Positions 25,621 to 40,267 are shown, counted from the first letter of the stretch. The stretch is 64,000 bases of DNA from Octopus sinensis (GCF_006345805.1 NC_042998.1:18848001-18912000); one strand, 5' to 3'. The notes: a model not told the origin generated them from the sequence alone. Made by a program: numbers and translations.

Positions 25621-26073
25621 ATATAAAGAATATATATGCTCGTATCGTTTATTTTGATTTTATTATAATGATATATTTTCAAGTGCTCTTCACTAGAAAA
25701 CAGTTTAATATAAGATTGATATACATACACACACACGGATACGTACAAGAATTCATATACATACACACACAGACACGCATTTCATATACATGCATCTGTT
25801 TGCGTATGTCTGAAGGAAAATTTGTGTATATCGTGTGCGTGTATGTGGGGGAATTATTTAATTCTCGCCGGAAAATGCAGACTTCAGTTAATAAAAGAAA
25901 ATATAAATTGTGAATATAAAGTATATATTTGTTTATTTAAAACGTTGTAAATGGCGGGTTGAGAATGATATTTACGCGTCCGATTCCCAATTTGAATAAT
26001 ATTGTTTTAAGTTGTGTTTATGTATTCGTCTAACTACTATTTCATTAAATAATTTTTGTCCATAACTTAAAAG

Positions 26074-26393
26074 ACTCCGCCGGTTACGACGACGAGGGTC
26101 CCAGCTGATACGATCAACGGAACAGCTTGCTCGTGAAATTAACGTGCAAATGGCTGAGCATTCCACAGACACGTGTACCCTTAACGTAGTTCTCGGGGAA
26201 AATCAGCGTGACACAGAGAGTGACAAGGCTGACCCTTTGAAATACAGGTACAACTCATTTTTGCCAGCTGAGTGGACTGGAGCAACGTGAAATAAAGTGT
26301 CTTGCTCAAGGACACAACGCGTCGCCGGGAATCGAACTCACAACCTTACGATCATGAGCCGAATGCCCTAACCACTAAGCCACGCGCCCTCAC
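26074..26393 (-). mobile_element. tRNA-derived SINE family B
   Basis: Head GGCGCGTGGCTTAGTGG...GTTCGATTCCC. Core shared with 61045-61285, tail shared with 38839-39220. Confidence 0.88.
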
Positions 26394-26959
26394 GTCCATA
26401 ACTACATATCTATGCGCTCTGCCCCAATTTACTTTCCTAAAAACTCCATGAAAATTTTATTTAAAAAAACACATCAAATCTCTGAAAGTTATGAAGCACC
26501 AAACTCGAGATGTATAACTTATACTAAACCCCTCACATCTTATTCTGAAAATGTTTTTTTATAACTAATTCTGATGTAATTATAAACTGTAGACGCTTAA
26601 ACGTATTTGTTGCACATTTCTTTACAAAAATCAGTTTCACAGTAAGTAATGGAGAAACACATATCTAGGCACGACATCTGTGTCCAAATATAAACTGAGG
26701 TGTTAAAAAACGTCTCTCGTACTGTAAGATTACTATGTCATGGTTACTAAAACTTAGTTTTGTAACTGAGTCGTGAAGTTGAAATCTTCAGAAATAAATG
26801 ATACTTGAAAGTTACATTTTGATTTTATATATATATGTAACTTTGATAGGTTTCGGCCAGTATAGGCCCAGGCCAAGTCTAATTTAATAGCACTACCTTA
26901 TGAAGTCTTTTAGTCACATATGGGCACCATGGTCCACTCTAGCAAAGAGTTATTTTTGT

Positions 26960-28440
26960 TGGAGACATATCCGGGTGTAGGAGGTTGGTCCAGGTTTTTT
27001 TAAGAAATTTGTCCACTGAACATTTGAATTTTATGGGACCCGCTTGCGTTTTGACGTATTTTAGTATGTGAGGTAAAGTAATTCTGACGTAATGTTGCAA
27101 TGTGTACCGGGTTCGATTTTTTTAGTAAGCACGGGATCCAAGTCTTGGCTGTAATTTAAAATTGATGCCAACATCATTTTTGCAATGTTGATGGAATATT
27201 TTCCACATAACACAAATGATGTAGCGCTCCCGGAGGTGTTGGAGAGAGTAGAGATTGAATTTTTTTTACTCGATCCCAATAGTCAATGGATCTCATGCTG
27301 GCTGGCTATCTTTCATGTTATTGACCTCTGAAGTCCTTCACTCTCATAATGAGTTGCTTCGTGCGGGGGACCACAGTGGGCAACGGTATTCATGGTGGGG
27401 TTGAGCACAAGTAGAGTCGAGAATGATGAAGGTGTAGGCATCGCTAGACCGGAAAGTTCTCAGAATCCAGGCGCACATTTTGCGAGGCAGCTCAGCATTA
27501 CATGAGAATTCCTGCTAAGATTGTTATCAACAATTACTTCAAGATCTCTGGTGTTGTTGGATGACACTAGGGAGTTGCCCGAGGGAAGACAATATGGTAA
27601 TTTCAGAGTATCCTCTTTTCCAATGGGGATCAAATCAAACTTATCTTCATTTAAAAGCATATTGTTTCTTCCCGCCCATTGGAAATAGCAAACAGAATGC
27701 ATGTCCAGTCTCCCATGCCGTTTATGGCTTTCTGAAATTTGGAGTCATCTGCAAAGATTTTCGCTGTAGAATGTTTGATAACATCTAATGTGTCGTTGAT
27801 GTAAATAATGAAGAGGAGTGGGCCCAACACAGTACATTCTGGGACACCACTACTGACTTTGGCTGAGCTGGATCGTATTTCCTCAAGCAACATGTTGGGT
27901 TGTGTTGTCAGGAAACACTTTATCCACTGCAGCAGCTTTCCACGGGCTCCAATGTTGGACAGTTTCTTCAGCAGGATTTTGTTAACTCTGTCAAATGCCT
28001 TGCTGAAATCTAGATATATGACATCAGTGTTGGAGCCCTATCTCAAAGCTTTTAAGATGTCATCAAACTGGTGCCTATACGGTAACCATGCTGGTTGGGG
28101 TTCAGCAGATTTTTGGCTTCGAGGAAGTTAGTTATTCGCGATCTCACCACCCTCTCGAATACTTTAATGATATGAGAAGAGAGTGAAATCGGACGGTGGT
28201 TCACTGCAAGAGATTTGTTTCCCTTTTTGAAGACTAGAACGAGAGACTAGGAAAGAAAATGATTAGGAATGTGGCCTGCACCAAGTGGGTTTCTCCAGAG
28301 CTCAGCTAGAGGGAGTGCAATTTGATGTCGACACATCTTCAGGACAGTGGCCGGGAACTTATCAAGCCGAGTTGTGCTTGATCTTATCTATTTCTCTTAG
28401 GATATCACCAAAAGTTATATAATAGATGGTTAGTCGAGGG
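26960..28440 (-). mobile_element. CR1-like LINE RT remnant
   Basis: RPISLSSHIIKVFERVV, VIYLDFSKAFD, SGVPECTVLGPLLFIIYIND, IFADDSK, RDLEVIVDNNLS. Confidence 0.9.
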
Positions 28441-29237
28441 CTTATATCACTAATACTTACCAGATCAACCCCATTAGCATTACTGAAGTATCTCACACAT
28501 GGGTATTGCATCATAATATGGAGTTGGTATTTACACGAATTTCTAGGCTTTGTAGTAAATCTTACATACGCCAATCTAACTAGCAAACAATATTCTATAG
28601 TGCGGTATCGATAAATGATTATTAAGGTTCAGTTGTATTGTTATGCGCACACCTCTTCTATTTCTATATTCGATAATGAATATATTTTTTAATAATTAAT
28701 TAATTTTTAGTAGCTTTTTGATTGACGTTTTCAAAATAAAATGCAATTTTTGTTTCTCCCCCATGTGCTTTATGAGGAAATGTATGATCTAATTACTTTT
28801 AGCACACAATTTAATGTTTTATAATCCATTGGGTTCTTCAATGAGGTGTTACTAAAGTTCGTAACATACAATGAAATACCTTTGAAGCGTGCATTGAAAT
28901 GGATGTTGTTTCTCTTAACTTCCACAAGATTTAAAGGGGGATTCCTGTTCAGTATATGAAGCAAGACTATTCTGGTCATACTTCAAGTTGTTGATTGTAT
29001 TTTTACAAAATATATTTTTACTGCTCCACTGAGTTGGTCATTAACAAGAAAAGGCATTATTGGTCCTGAATGAATGCACACATTCCGCAAAAGCTTACTG
29101 CGCGGCTTGGGAGTAATTTTTGCAGTAAAGCCCGTCATAAAATGCGAAACAAATTAAAGGTATTTCTTGTGCAACTTGTTACAGAAGGCGCCAGTAGAAT
29201 TTAATTTATGTCCGTGTGTATATATATGTTTATACAT

Positions 29238-29920
29238 ACTCTTTACTCTTTTACTTGTTTCAGTCATTTAACTGCGGCCATGCTGGAGCACCGCCTTTAA
29301 TCTAGCAACTCGACCCCGGGACTTATTCTTTTGTAATCCCAGTACTTATTCTATCGGTCTCTTTTGCCGAACCGCTAAGTAACGGGGACATAAACACACC
29401 AGCATCGGTTGTCAAGCAATGCTAGGGGGACAAACACAGACAGACACACACACACAAACATATATATATATATACGACAGGCTTCTTTCAGTTTCCGTCT
29501 ACCAAATCCACTCACAAGGCATTGGACAACCCGGGGCTATAGCAGAAGACACTTTCCCAAGTTGCAACGCAGTGGAACTGAATCCGGAACCATGTGGTTG
29601 GTTAACAAGCTACTTGCCACACAGCCACTCCTGCATATATATTCTTTTCTTTTTCCTTTAACTTGTTTCAGTCATTTGACTGTGGCCATGCTGGAGTACC
29701 GCCTTTAGTCGAAGAGATCAACCCCAGGGCTTATTCGTTGTAAGCCTAGACAAACAAATACGTACATATATATATATTCGACGGGATTCTTTCAATTTCC
29801 GTCTACCAAATCCACTCACAAGACTTTGGTCGGCCCGGTGTTTTAGCAGAGACATTTGCCCAAGGTACCACGCAGGGGGCCGAAACGGGAACCATGTGTT
29901 TGGAAAGCAAGCTTCTTTAT
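29238..29920 (-). mobile_element. SINE family A: full copy (29238-29634) plus adjacent degraded copy
   Basis: Reverse complement of the family A sequence. Confidence 0.9.
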
Positions 29921-30267
29921 TTCATTATATTGGTCATAAGGCCTTACGCAGAGAGAGAGGAAGCTGCGGGCTGGATATAGACATGCTGTTATATGAAATG
30001 AAAATGATTATTAATGGGGGGTAAAAAGCGACGCCCGCCGATCGATTTTTCCCGAGGACATTGATCTCTTGTATATTGTTCATGAGGCAACAAACCTCTA
30101 CACAGTTCACAATATTCAGTAACGAAATTCAATTACAAAATGAGGCGCTAGTCCTCTTACGTTTCTTTCCAAACTGGCAAGTTTCAATAACACTGAAGCT
30201 TTTCAACCTCTTATCACTATTCCTCCTCAACATCGCTTGTGCCCGCATACTCCGCCATCTTGTTTTC

Positions 30268-30758
30268 TTCTAGCTGCTCGTCCATAATACCCAAGCGTAT
30301 GCAGATATGTAGCACACGTTCTTGGACTAACTCCTAGATGTTTTGCAATGTCAGAAGCCTTTGAATGGGGTTCGTTTTCCACAATTGGCTTCAAACAGTG
30401 AAGCTTCCATTCCGAGGACCCAGGTCAGCTTGGACGAGAATCTGTTGACTCTTTTCCTTGGCTTTTGAATTGCACTATAATTCCATTAACAGTAACAAGA
30501 GGAATTTGAAGAGATTCGGCAATTTTTCGCAGGCTAAGAACAACCTTAGATTGCCCAGCAATACGACCTCTTTGAAAATCTAACAGTTGTGTTGAATTTT
30601 CTGTGCATAGCATGGTAACTCTTCGCAAATGTTTAACATAATGGCACCTGGAATGAAAAAGAATAATTACATTGTAAATTCTACACTTCTGAAAACATAT
30701 TAAGAAACTTAGATAAGAAATTTTGAAAATCAAAAGTGTCTATTTACTTCCTGCATGT
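30268..30758 (-). mobile_element. Tc1-like transposon 5' fragment (HTH region)
   Basis: Translates QLLDFQRGRIAGQ...LSLRKIAESLQIPLVTVNGIIVQFKSQG...ASDIAKHLGVSPRT...LHTLGYYGRAARRK. Confidence 0.8.
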
Positions 30759-30761
30759 CTG

Positions 30762-30899
<138 letters not shown>

Positions 30900-31578
30900 G
30901 TATGTATTTATGTATGCATGTATGTATAAATATCGAGTTGTTTAAACCTAGCATTTTATTTTACCACATCTGTGATGACAGATCATCCAACGACCAATTT
31001 CGTTTTCTTCTCTTAAGCATTACATTATCTAGAACTACATCACCAATGTGTTACCTTTTCCAAGACGATACGCTATGTTTCCAGGTTTATGTGTTGACTG
31101 TATTAAGTAGAACTGGAAACAGCATGTGATAGGTTTATGGATTTATATGTAGGAAGAACTATTATTGTAACGTAAGCCCTCATTTTCTTCCGTTATTCGG
31201 AAACCTATATTTTGAAGTGGAGAAATTGCTATGTGGATTCTCCATAGTTTGAAATAAGTAATGTTATGTAATGTGATACGTATGTAACCAGAAATTTAAA
31301 CAAGAGTACGCTACGAAAGTTCATAATACTTAACAAAAGAAATATCATAGTCATGGCAGGGTATAGTTTGATTAAGACTGCTTCATCAGAACTTAATAAA
31401 AGCAAAGTCCACCTCTGATTTTCTTTTAAGTAGAAAACGAAACGGTGCTGTGAGAGAACTGAATCTATTAGGATAAATCAACAACTCTGAAAGATTCCGA
31501 ACAAAAGATGTTTCATTAAAAGTTATATAAGCATCAAGTAAGTGATAAAAATTTATTTATCATATAAATTTATTCATA

Positions 31579-31989
31579 GGCGCAGGAGTGGTTGTGTGGA
31601 AAGTGGCTAGCTTAGCAACCACATGGTTCCAGGTTCAGTCCCACTGCGTGGCACCTTGGGCAACTGTCTTCTACTATAACCTCGGTCCGAACAAAGCCTT
31701 AAGAGTGTATTTGGTAGACGGAAACTGAAAGAAGCCCGCGGTATATATGTACATATATATATGTGTATGTGCTTGTATATGTTTGTGTGTCTGTGTTTGT
31801 CCCCCAACATCGATTGACAACTGATGCTGGTGTGTGTACGGCCCCGTAACTTAGCGGTTCGGCAAAAAAGACCGATAGAATAAGTACTAGGCATACAAAG
31901 AATAAGTCCTGGTGTCGATTTGCTCGACTAAAGGCGGTGCTCCAGCATGGCCGAAGTCAAATGACTGAAACAAGCAAAAGAAAGAGAGT
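31579..31989 (+). mobile_element. SINE family A, full-length
   Basis: Close match to 18580-18976. Confidence 0.92.
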
Positions 31990-32425
31990 ATGCCCCCACA
32001 AAGTTCAGAATTATTGGTTCCCTGTATATTCTTAAGCTTTGAATTTAAATGCATTTCAAATTTTTATTTCCTTCGTGAAGTTTTTATTCTCGGATGTATA
32101 CTGGATCACAACGTCCTTTTTGTATATGTTTTAACAAGTAATTTATGGCGAAACATTCTACGATCCGAGTAACACTCGTGAGTTTTGTGAGTTGTGGCTA
32201 ATCTGAAATCACTGTAAGTCTTTGCTTCTCAGTAATGACACAACAAAGTTGTGCCAGTAACAAGATCGGGGATGCTTCCTATTGTTTTCATATTTATCTA
32301 TATACTGAGATACATTTTTATGATTGTTAGACAGAACTGTTAATAGAAAGACAGCAGTCGCAAACTGCCTACATTCAATTTTGTTCTGTTCCATGCTATC
32401 CTATTACATTTGACCACACTGTGTG

Positions 32426-33109
32426 TTACTTACCTATTCTGGTATTAAGATCACCTCTCAATAAAACATTTTCATGATATGGAATTTTACTGACAACTGT
32501 CTGCAATTTGGAGTAGAAAATGTTATTTTCTTCTGCAGATAGATATAAAGTAGGTGTATATGCACGGATAATGTGCATATATGAGGATTTATTTATGGTT
32601 ATACGAAGGCGGCGAGCTGGCAAAAACGTTAGCACGCCGGGCAAAATGCTTTGCGGTATTTCGTCTGCCGCAACGTTCTGAGTTCAAATTCCACCGAGGT
32701 CGACTTTGCCTTTCATCCTTTCGGGGTCGATTAACTAAGTACCAGTTACGCACTGGGTCGATATAATCGACTTAATCCGTTTGTCTCTCCTTGTGTGTCC
32801 CCTTGTGGGTAGTAAAAAGTAGGTTATACGAAATGTCATGAAACGCTCATCATCAGCATGACGGATGGAGGGCAACTTGCGACGTAGGGTAGATTTAATG
32901 ACAAAAACAACACCATGAATTCTTGGCTCATCTACCAGTTTTCCGCTTCGAACTTCTAACTGGCCAGTGTCCACAAGCCTGGTTTCACTTCGAGCAGATA
33001 TATCAATAGTATATGAAGCGATTACCTTTGCAATTAGTGCTGGATTTTGTTCTCGGCTGACTTTGCTGTCTTCTAAAGATCTCATTTTCCAACAACGAGA
33101 GATTAACAT
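32426..33109 (-). mobile_element. RTE-clade LINE endonuclease remnant interrupted by a SINE
   Basis: ALIAKVIASYTIDISARSETRL, ERFMTFRI, IIRAYTPT, FYSKL, LLRGDLNTRIG. Confidence 0.85.
32608..32821 (+). mobile_element. SINE family E with 11-bp TSD
   Basis: GGCGGCGAGCTGGCA head and CCTTTCATCCTTTCGGGGTCGAT core. TSD GGTTATACGAA at 32597-32607 and 32822-32832. Other copies at about 34736-34950, 36091-36306, 41895-42048 and 56982-57130. Confidence 0.9.
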
Positions 33110-33112
33110 GTC

Positions 33113-33519
33113 TCTTTTTATCTTTTATTTGTTTCAGTCATTTGACTGCGGCCATGCTGGAGCACAGCCTTTAGTCGAGCAAATCGTCGCCCCCAGGACT
33201 TATTCTTTGTAAGCCTAGTATTTATTCTATCGGGGTCTCTTTCCGAACAGCTAAGTGACGAGGACGTAAACACACCAGCATCGGTTGTCAAGCGATGTTG
33301 GAGGGGTGGGCAAACACAAACACACAAACATATACATACATAAATATACATATATATACGGTGGGCTTCTTTCAGTTTCCGTCTACCAAAGCCACCCACA
33401 AGGCTTTGGTTGGTCCGAGGCTATAGTAGAAGACACTTGCCCAAGGTATCAAGCTGTGGGACTGAAACCGGAACCATGTGGTTGGTAAGCAAGCTACCTA
33501 TCACACAGCCACTTCTGCG
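33113..33519 (-). mobile_element. SINE family A, full-length
   Basis: Reverse complement of the family A sequence. Confidence 0.9.
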
Positions 33520-34109
33520 TCTATTCTATTTTTATTATCTTTATCTTGACGGCAATAAACTGGATGGCTAGAACTATGTAGTTAATGCTAAGCTTATTGG
33601 AAACAACATTTTTTAGTGTTCCTTTTCTCATTCTGTTTCCAATATCGGAGAAGGAGCGTTTCACCTAGATAGTGCTGCTTGCCATACAAAACCGAACAGG
33701 AATCTTGAGGGTTCTTTCAGGTTATGCAAAGAGACGGCCATCACGTTTTGTGCCGCCCATGCGTAAGAATCCGGCTAGGAACTTCTAGCAACAGCTTTTT
33801 ACTTGTTCTCGTCGCCGTATCCCGTCGCTATAGAGCTTTAAACTTCTTTTCCGAATACCTCTATAATGAATTTGCTTTAAGCCGTACGAGTTTAAGTCAT
33901 CCATCACACTCTCCCGTCCAAATAGCCTAGACTCTAGTGCATATTAATGCCACGTGGATAAAGGCTGTCGGGACGAAGGGCTGGTGGTTCGAGAACGCTG
34001 AATATAGAATTTATACAGGCTTCCATAACAGATGAAAATCCTACACATAAACAGCATCAGCACAAACACAAGAACAACAACAATAATAACAACAACAACA
34101 TCAATAATA

Positions 34110-34141
<32 letters not shown>

Positions 34142-34157
34142 TAATATTAATAATAAT

Positions 34158-34228
<71 letters not shown>

Positions 34229-34298
34229 AATAATAATAATAATAATAATAATGGCCTCAGCCGGATGGCTGAAACAAGTAAAAGAGTAAAAGAGTAAT

Positions 34299-34369
<71 letters not shown>

Positions 34370-34656
34370 GTGCCCTGATGCAGTACATGGCTGCTGATCT
34401 TAACTGATTGGAAGTGTTATCATGCACATTGTTTTGTCTTGGTATAACAGATGGGCTACCGCAAATATTCTGCTCAACACCACAGATTTGCTTGTCAGTT
34501 GCTTGATCTTGACCTGTGGAGCATGTCCCATAGTGGCTGACGATATGTGTATCTCTGATCACGAGCAGAAGTAGTGGCGTAACATCATGCCCATGTGCTG
34601 AGAGGGATTCTTTGGGGTTTGAATAATTCACCTCTGGAAACATGGGTGTTCATTAC

Positions 34657-34691
<35 letters not shown>

Positions 34692-34692
34692 T

Positions 34693-34726
<34 letters not shown>

Positions 34727-36441
34727 GCTACTAGTAAGGCGGCGTGCTGACAGAACATTTAGCATGCCGGGTAAAATGGACGGTGGCATATCCTCCGCCT
34801 TTATATATTTGAATTCAAATTCTGCAGTGGCCAAATTTGCATTTCGTTCTTTCGGGTCGATAAAATAAGTACTAGTTGAGCACTAGTTTCGAAGTAATTG
34901 GCTTGCTTCCTCGCCCACAATTGCTGGCCTTGTGCCAAAATTTGAAACCATTATTGCTATTGTTGTCATTGCTGTTATCGCCAATGCTTTTCTTGCAGTT
35001 GTTGTTTTTGGTGCGCATTACCTATTCAAGATGTAATTTTGAAATGTATGTTTATATTTCTAATTATACAGCAGAAAAATGCTAAACACGAATATCTTTT
35101 TAGTGATGTATATGCTTTTAAAAATGCATATACAGTTATTTGATTTAGAAAATTTCTCAATATTATTCTGAACTGAATATTTACATTTAAACAATTATTC
35201 TAGAAACTCTTAAGAACGATTATGTATCTAAAATGGGAATGTCTGTCCAATATTTAGTAGATAAAACCTTTCGTTTCAAAAAATGTATGTTCTTGTTTCG
35301 TATAGATCTCTAGAAAACATGTTTATTTTTGATTCTACTTAATTACTGCGACCTCTATGAAAACATGCCAAGATAAGACGTAAATAAAAAAAAAAGTACA
35401 AGGAATTAATATTGTAGACATAAAATGGATCTTTGCAATGATTGAATGGAAAATGAATAAATGAATGAATTATTGGAAAGAATAAAAACAAAATGCGGAG
35501 AAAAATAAATACTTTGATTCGAAGTGAATATTCTAATCGGAAACTGAGGGAAGTAGGGTTTTTTCTTTAAGTAGATTTTTTTTCTTTTCGTTTCTTTTTT
35601 GCATTTTCACATAAAACTTATTTTCGTTTATTCTCTTTCAAAGAATACAAAAAATACGTTCCATTTTCCTCAAATGGTAACATTTAATGATAAGAAGAAA
35701 GGAAACTATTTAGTATCCGAAAATTGCATTCAATTCTTTTAAGACACAAAAATAACCTCCATAATCCCAAGTTTCAGACTTCCAATCACTTAGTTCCGTA
35801 TTTTAATAATAGATTGTATAATCCTTCAGTTGTCTATTTATTTTGACGATTCAATGTATGTCGATAACGATGTTATTATTAATGTTTTTATTAGCAAGGT
35901 TTTTGTTCATACAAGTAATTGGCAATTTATACAAGCTACCAAGGTAGATCATTGAAAACTGTGTGGTACCTTCAGCACCCATTGATCCTGAATATATTGG
36001 AATCCATTTGTAGGTAATAATGTAGACTAGTTACCTTTTTTATCCGATGAAATCAGTGAAAGTGCAAATAATATTTCTCCACACTTTCTAAGGCGGTAAG
36101 CTGGCAGGAGTCGGTGGCACGCTGGGCAAAATGCTTAGCGACATTTCGTCGGTCTTCACGTTCTGAATCCAATTTCCCCAGACATCGGACTTCGTCTTTC
36201 ATCTAATTGGTGTGGATAAATAAGTACCAGTTGATCACCGGTGTCGGGGAAATCGATTTACCCCTTCCCATGAAACTGCTGTCCTCGTTCCAAAATTTCA
36301 AACCAATCTTTCTCTCCATTTCTTTAACTGTCACCATGTAGAACTGAGCAGTGTTAGTTACATATTTTCAAGTCTTACCCTAATTACCGATAAGAAATTC
36401 GATTCAGAAGTACTGCATTTGGGGTCCAATCTTAACGCGCA

Positions 36442-36527
<86 letters not shown>

Positions 36528-36805
36528 TATACGTTCAGCAAAATTTAGATTTAATACCTTAATGTTCTTAACATTCAAATCAACATCTTTGTCTGTATAT
36601 CTACCCGCTTTATAATGTTATCAATTAACATGGAAATAAGTATACGTATTGATGGAAAACATCTATAAATGGCTGATGATTGCTCAACATTTTAAAACTG
36701 CTGTAATACTTACAATGTTTAATAAAATGATGTAGCTTGAAACGATCTAACCAAATTACCAAATTACCGAAGATATTCTTGTTGCTTATTTGGATATATA
36801 TATAT

Positions 36806-36850
<45 letters not shown>

Positions 36851-37081
36851 ACTGCCACTTTCGACCGTTTACTGTCGCTGTCAACATCTATATATAGAAT
36901 TATGTGCGTTGACTGCAAGATCAGAGCACTTTAGCTTTTTTTCTAGCATTGTAGGTGTTCTAACATCATCTGTCATATTTAGTGACGATAATTATTTTCC
37001 TTTTTGGTGATATATTGTTCAACTCCCTATATCTGTCTATGTATGTATGTATGTATGTATGTATGTATCTATGTATGTATG

Positions 37082-37116
<35 letters not shown>

Positions 37117-37120
37117 ATAT

Positions 37121-37184
<64 letters not shown>

Positions 37185-37187
<3 letters not shown>

Positions 37188-37620
37188 ACACTCTGCAGGC
37201 TTGTAGCTGTATGGATTCTACGATCATTCATTCATACTAGGGAGAAGATTGTTATGCTATTCCTTGGTAGAACTTCCATTCTCAGTAATCTGCTTTACTT
37301 CTCGCAACTGTTGTCATCAAAGCGTCAAAGTGGTCAGGGAACTTAAAGTAATTCAGCGTTACTACACAAAGAAGATTGATCGGTACAATAGAGGAGCTCT
37401 TGTGAGAAGCTAAAGGATCTGATGTCCTACTCGCTAGAAGAAACGCTATGCAGTCATATACATATGGGAGATATTGGACGGTCTGGCTCTAAACATAGTA
37501 ATTGACAGCTATAACAACCATGGGACTGGACAGCACGGCATAGTATCAAACATTCCATCGTGTCCATTACTCTAAGGACACATTACTCTGACAATTTGGG
37601 TTTCAGTTTTATTTTCAAAT
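37185..37620 (+). mobile_element. CR1-like LINE 3' end fragment
   Basis: WILRSF..TRE, VIQRYYTKKI and YSLE..RYAVIYIWEILDGL in shifting frames. Confidence 0.7.
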
Positions 37621-38838
37621 GCGTGATGCGTTTCATTCAATTAAAATTATACATTGTTATTCTTTTTAACATCAGATGAACTCTGAATAAAGATATCCTA
37701 TCCGTAGAGATCGACGATATGACGTCACATGACGGTAATTTGTCTTTTGTTCTTTCTATCGATTCCAGCAGATTTCAGAGGACCCTGTTGTAGCGTGGTA
37801 GTGGGCGAAGTAATTATTTAATTTATTGAAAAAGAATGGATAATTGGGGTACGAAATAGCGCTGGAGACACAGCTCCCGGTCAGACTTCCATCTACTAAA
37901 TCTGTTGCAATTTAATATATCGCCATAATGAATCAGAACTACTGGCAATGGTGATTTTGTTTTATTCAACATTGATTTTAAAGCAATAAAAACAACGAAG
38001 GAAATGCTTAATGAAAGTTGATATATTGAAATACGTCGAAAGTAGGTTGTGATTAAATTTCCTGAAAGGGATTGTGAATATTTAATTTCGATATTTATTG
38101 TATGCGTCACATTGATGAAATAATTTATATTCTAAACAACTACTTTTCATTTACAATCTCTTGTCAAAACAATTTCGTTTACAATCTATTGTCAAACAAT
38201 TTCGAAAGACAAGCAGAATTATAAGACAATACAAATTACCAACATATGAAACAGTTGATACGCATCAGAAAACTGCACTTTTATTGATGCTAAATTCAGG
38301 CCACATTTACGGTAACCCTAATTATGGTTATACATAAATATCCCGTTGCATTGCATAGCTAAACAGGGACAATCAGTGTTTTGATGAGAGTTATTAAAAG
38401 AGAGTTCTTGAAACATAGATTCACATATAGACTTATTTATATTTACCACGTCGTATGAAAATAGTAAATATCAGTTAACGTGTACCCGGGTATGTATTTC
38501 AAATGACGTACATTTTATTTAATGATAAATGATATTTTGTCGCCCAGTACTATCTGTTAGACACTTGAAAAATGAAGAACAGAGAATCATTTATCTGAAA
38601 AATGTACAATTTACACTGTTGTCATTGAGCGCTATACATAAAGAATTTATGGAAAGCAATCATTGAAGAAATATGCAAATCATTTTTTTTTTTAGTTAGC
38701 GTTTAACTAATCTTTGAATTTTTTAACAGGAAGAATATTTTACAGAGGAGTGGAATCGATTAAGCGTAATTCATATTTCCTCAAGTGAATATCGTATCCG
38801 GGATTATCATCATATATATGGTCCGTATATGTATTGCC

Positions 38839-39220
38839 GTGGAGGCGCAATGGCCCAGTGGTTAGGGCAGTGGACTCGCAGTCGTAGGATCGCGGTTTCG
38901 ATTCCCAGACCGGGCCTTGTGAGTGTTTATTGAGCGAAAACACCTAAAGCTCCACGAGGCTCCGGCAGGGGATGGTGGTGATCCCTGCTGTACTCTTTCA
39001 CCACAACTTTCTCTCACTCTTACTTCCTGTTTCTGTTGTACCTGTATTTCAAAGGACCGGCCATGTCACTCTCTGTGTCACGCTGAATATCCCCGAGAAC
39101 TACGTTAAGGGTACACGTGTCTGTGGAGTGCTCAGCCACTTACACGTTAATTTCACGAGCAGGCTGTTCCGTTCATCGGATCAACCGGAACCCTCGTCGT
39201 CGTAACCGACGGAGTGCTTC
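38839..39220 (+). mobile_element. tRNA-derived SINE family C
   Basis: TGGCCCAGTGG A box, TTCGATTCCC B box, tail GAGAACTACGTTAAGGGTACACGTG. Confidence 0.88.
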
Positions 39221-39507
39221 CCATATGTATTTCCACACCAATAGTAGGCGCTTGAAAGGATACCCAGCCTTCATCTTTAGCTCTCGGAGGTAACGTTCTA
39301 TTTGTAATTAGATACCAATTAGAAACAATGAAATAATTGTAATAACTACTGATATTACTTCATGCCAATGCAAAACCAGGCCGAGATATCGCATGACTCT
39401 TTTACTGATTCAAAGGGAATTTACTTTTTGTGACAGAAAAGATTTGATTTAGCAGTTTGATCGAGCGTCTTGATAAGACCTACAACTCTGTCGGCAGTAT
39501 ATATATT

Positions 39508-39868
39508 ACTCTTTACTCTTTTACTTGTTTCAGTCATTTGACTGCGGCCATGATGAAGCACCGCCTTCTAGTCGAGTAAATCGACCCCCCAGGACTTATT
39601 CTTTATAAGCCTAGTACTTATTCTATTAGTCTCTTTTGCTGAACCGCTAAGTTACGGGGACGTAAACACACCAGCATCGGTTGTCAAGCAATGGTAGGGG
39701 AGGGGGCCAAACACAGACACATAAACATACACACACATACATATATAAACATATATACGACGGGCCTCTTCCAGTTTCCGTCTACCAAATCCACTCACAA
39801 GGCTTTGGTCGGCCCGAGGCTATAGCAGAAGACACTCACCCAAGGTGCCACGCAGTGGGAATGAACCC
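39508..39868 (-). mobile_element. SINE family A, head-truncated
   Basis: Reverse complement of the family A sequence. Further partial copies at about 46545-46670, 47486-47680, 48010-48154, 51238-51385 and 63905-64000. Confidence 0.88.
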
Positions 39869-39877
39869 ATAAGTAAA

Positions 39878-40095
39878 TTATGTGCTTCTTTTATAACTTG
39901 AGATTACATAGAAATTATATTGGGCAGTTTCTATGAGCACTATCTTTTGAATTTCTGCCATTCTGGGGTTTCCTGGTATCTGAGCTAGGTAGCAATCAGC
40001 CCCTTTTGCTATCATTCCCGGGGCACCTATGACAACAGGTATTGTTTTAGCCTTCAGGTTCCACATTTTGCTAAATTCTATTTCAAGATCTTTAT
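39878..40095 (-). mobile_element. R4/Dong-like RLE C-terminal fragment
   Basis: KMWNLKAKTIPVVIGAPGMI...IQKIVLI. Confidence 0.75.
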
Positions 40096-40147
40096 ACTTA
40101 CTCAGTTTTTGGTAGGTCTTGACAGATACGTTTATATCGATTATATA

Positions 40148-40191
<44 letters not shown>

Positions 40192-40192
40192 C

Positions 40193-40267
<75 letters not shown>

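Noticed and set aside
26330-26393. tRNA genes (also 38839-38910, 61045-61115)
   Set aside because: The heads run into SINE cores and lack an acceptor-stem 3' strand or Pol III terminator; they are SINE heads.
28770-29190. Mostly open minus-strand frame, possibly a MULE transposase remnant (RTNNA)
   Set aside because: A single short motif with no TIRs or other conserved residues.
33640-33930. Possible L1-like RT C-terminal remnant
   Set aside because: Similarity is too weak (SRFLFGFVW only) to list as a feature.
34368-34650. GC-richer block between trinucleotide tracts
   Set aside because: Probably a dispersed repeat, but single-copy in this window and with no diagnostic motif.
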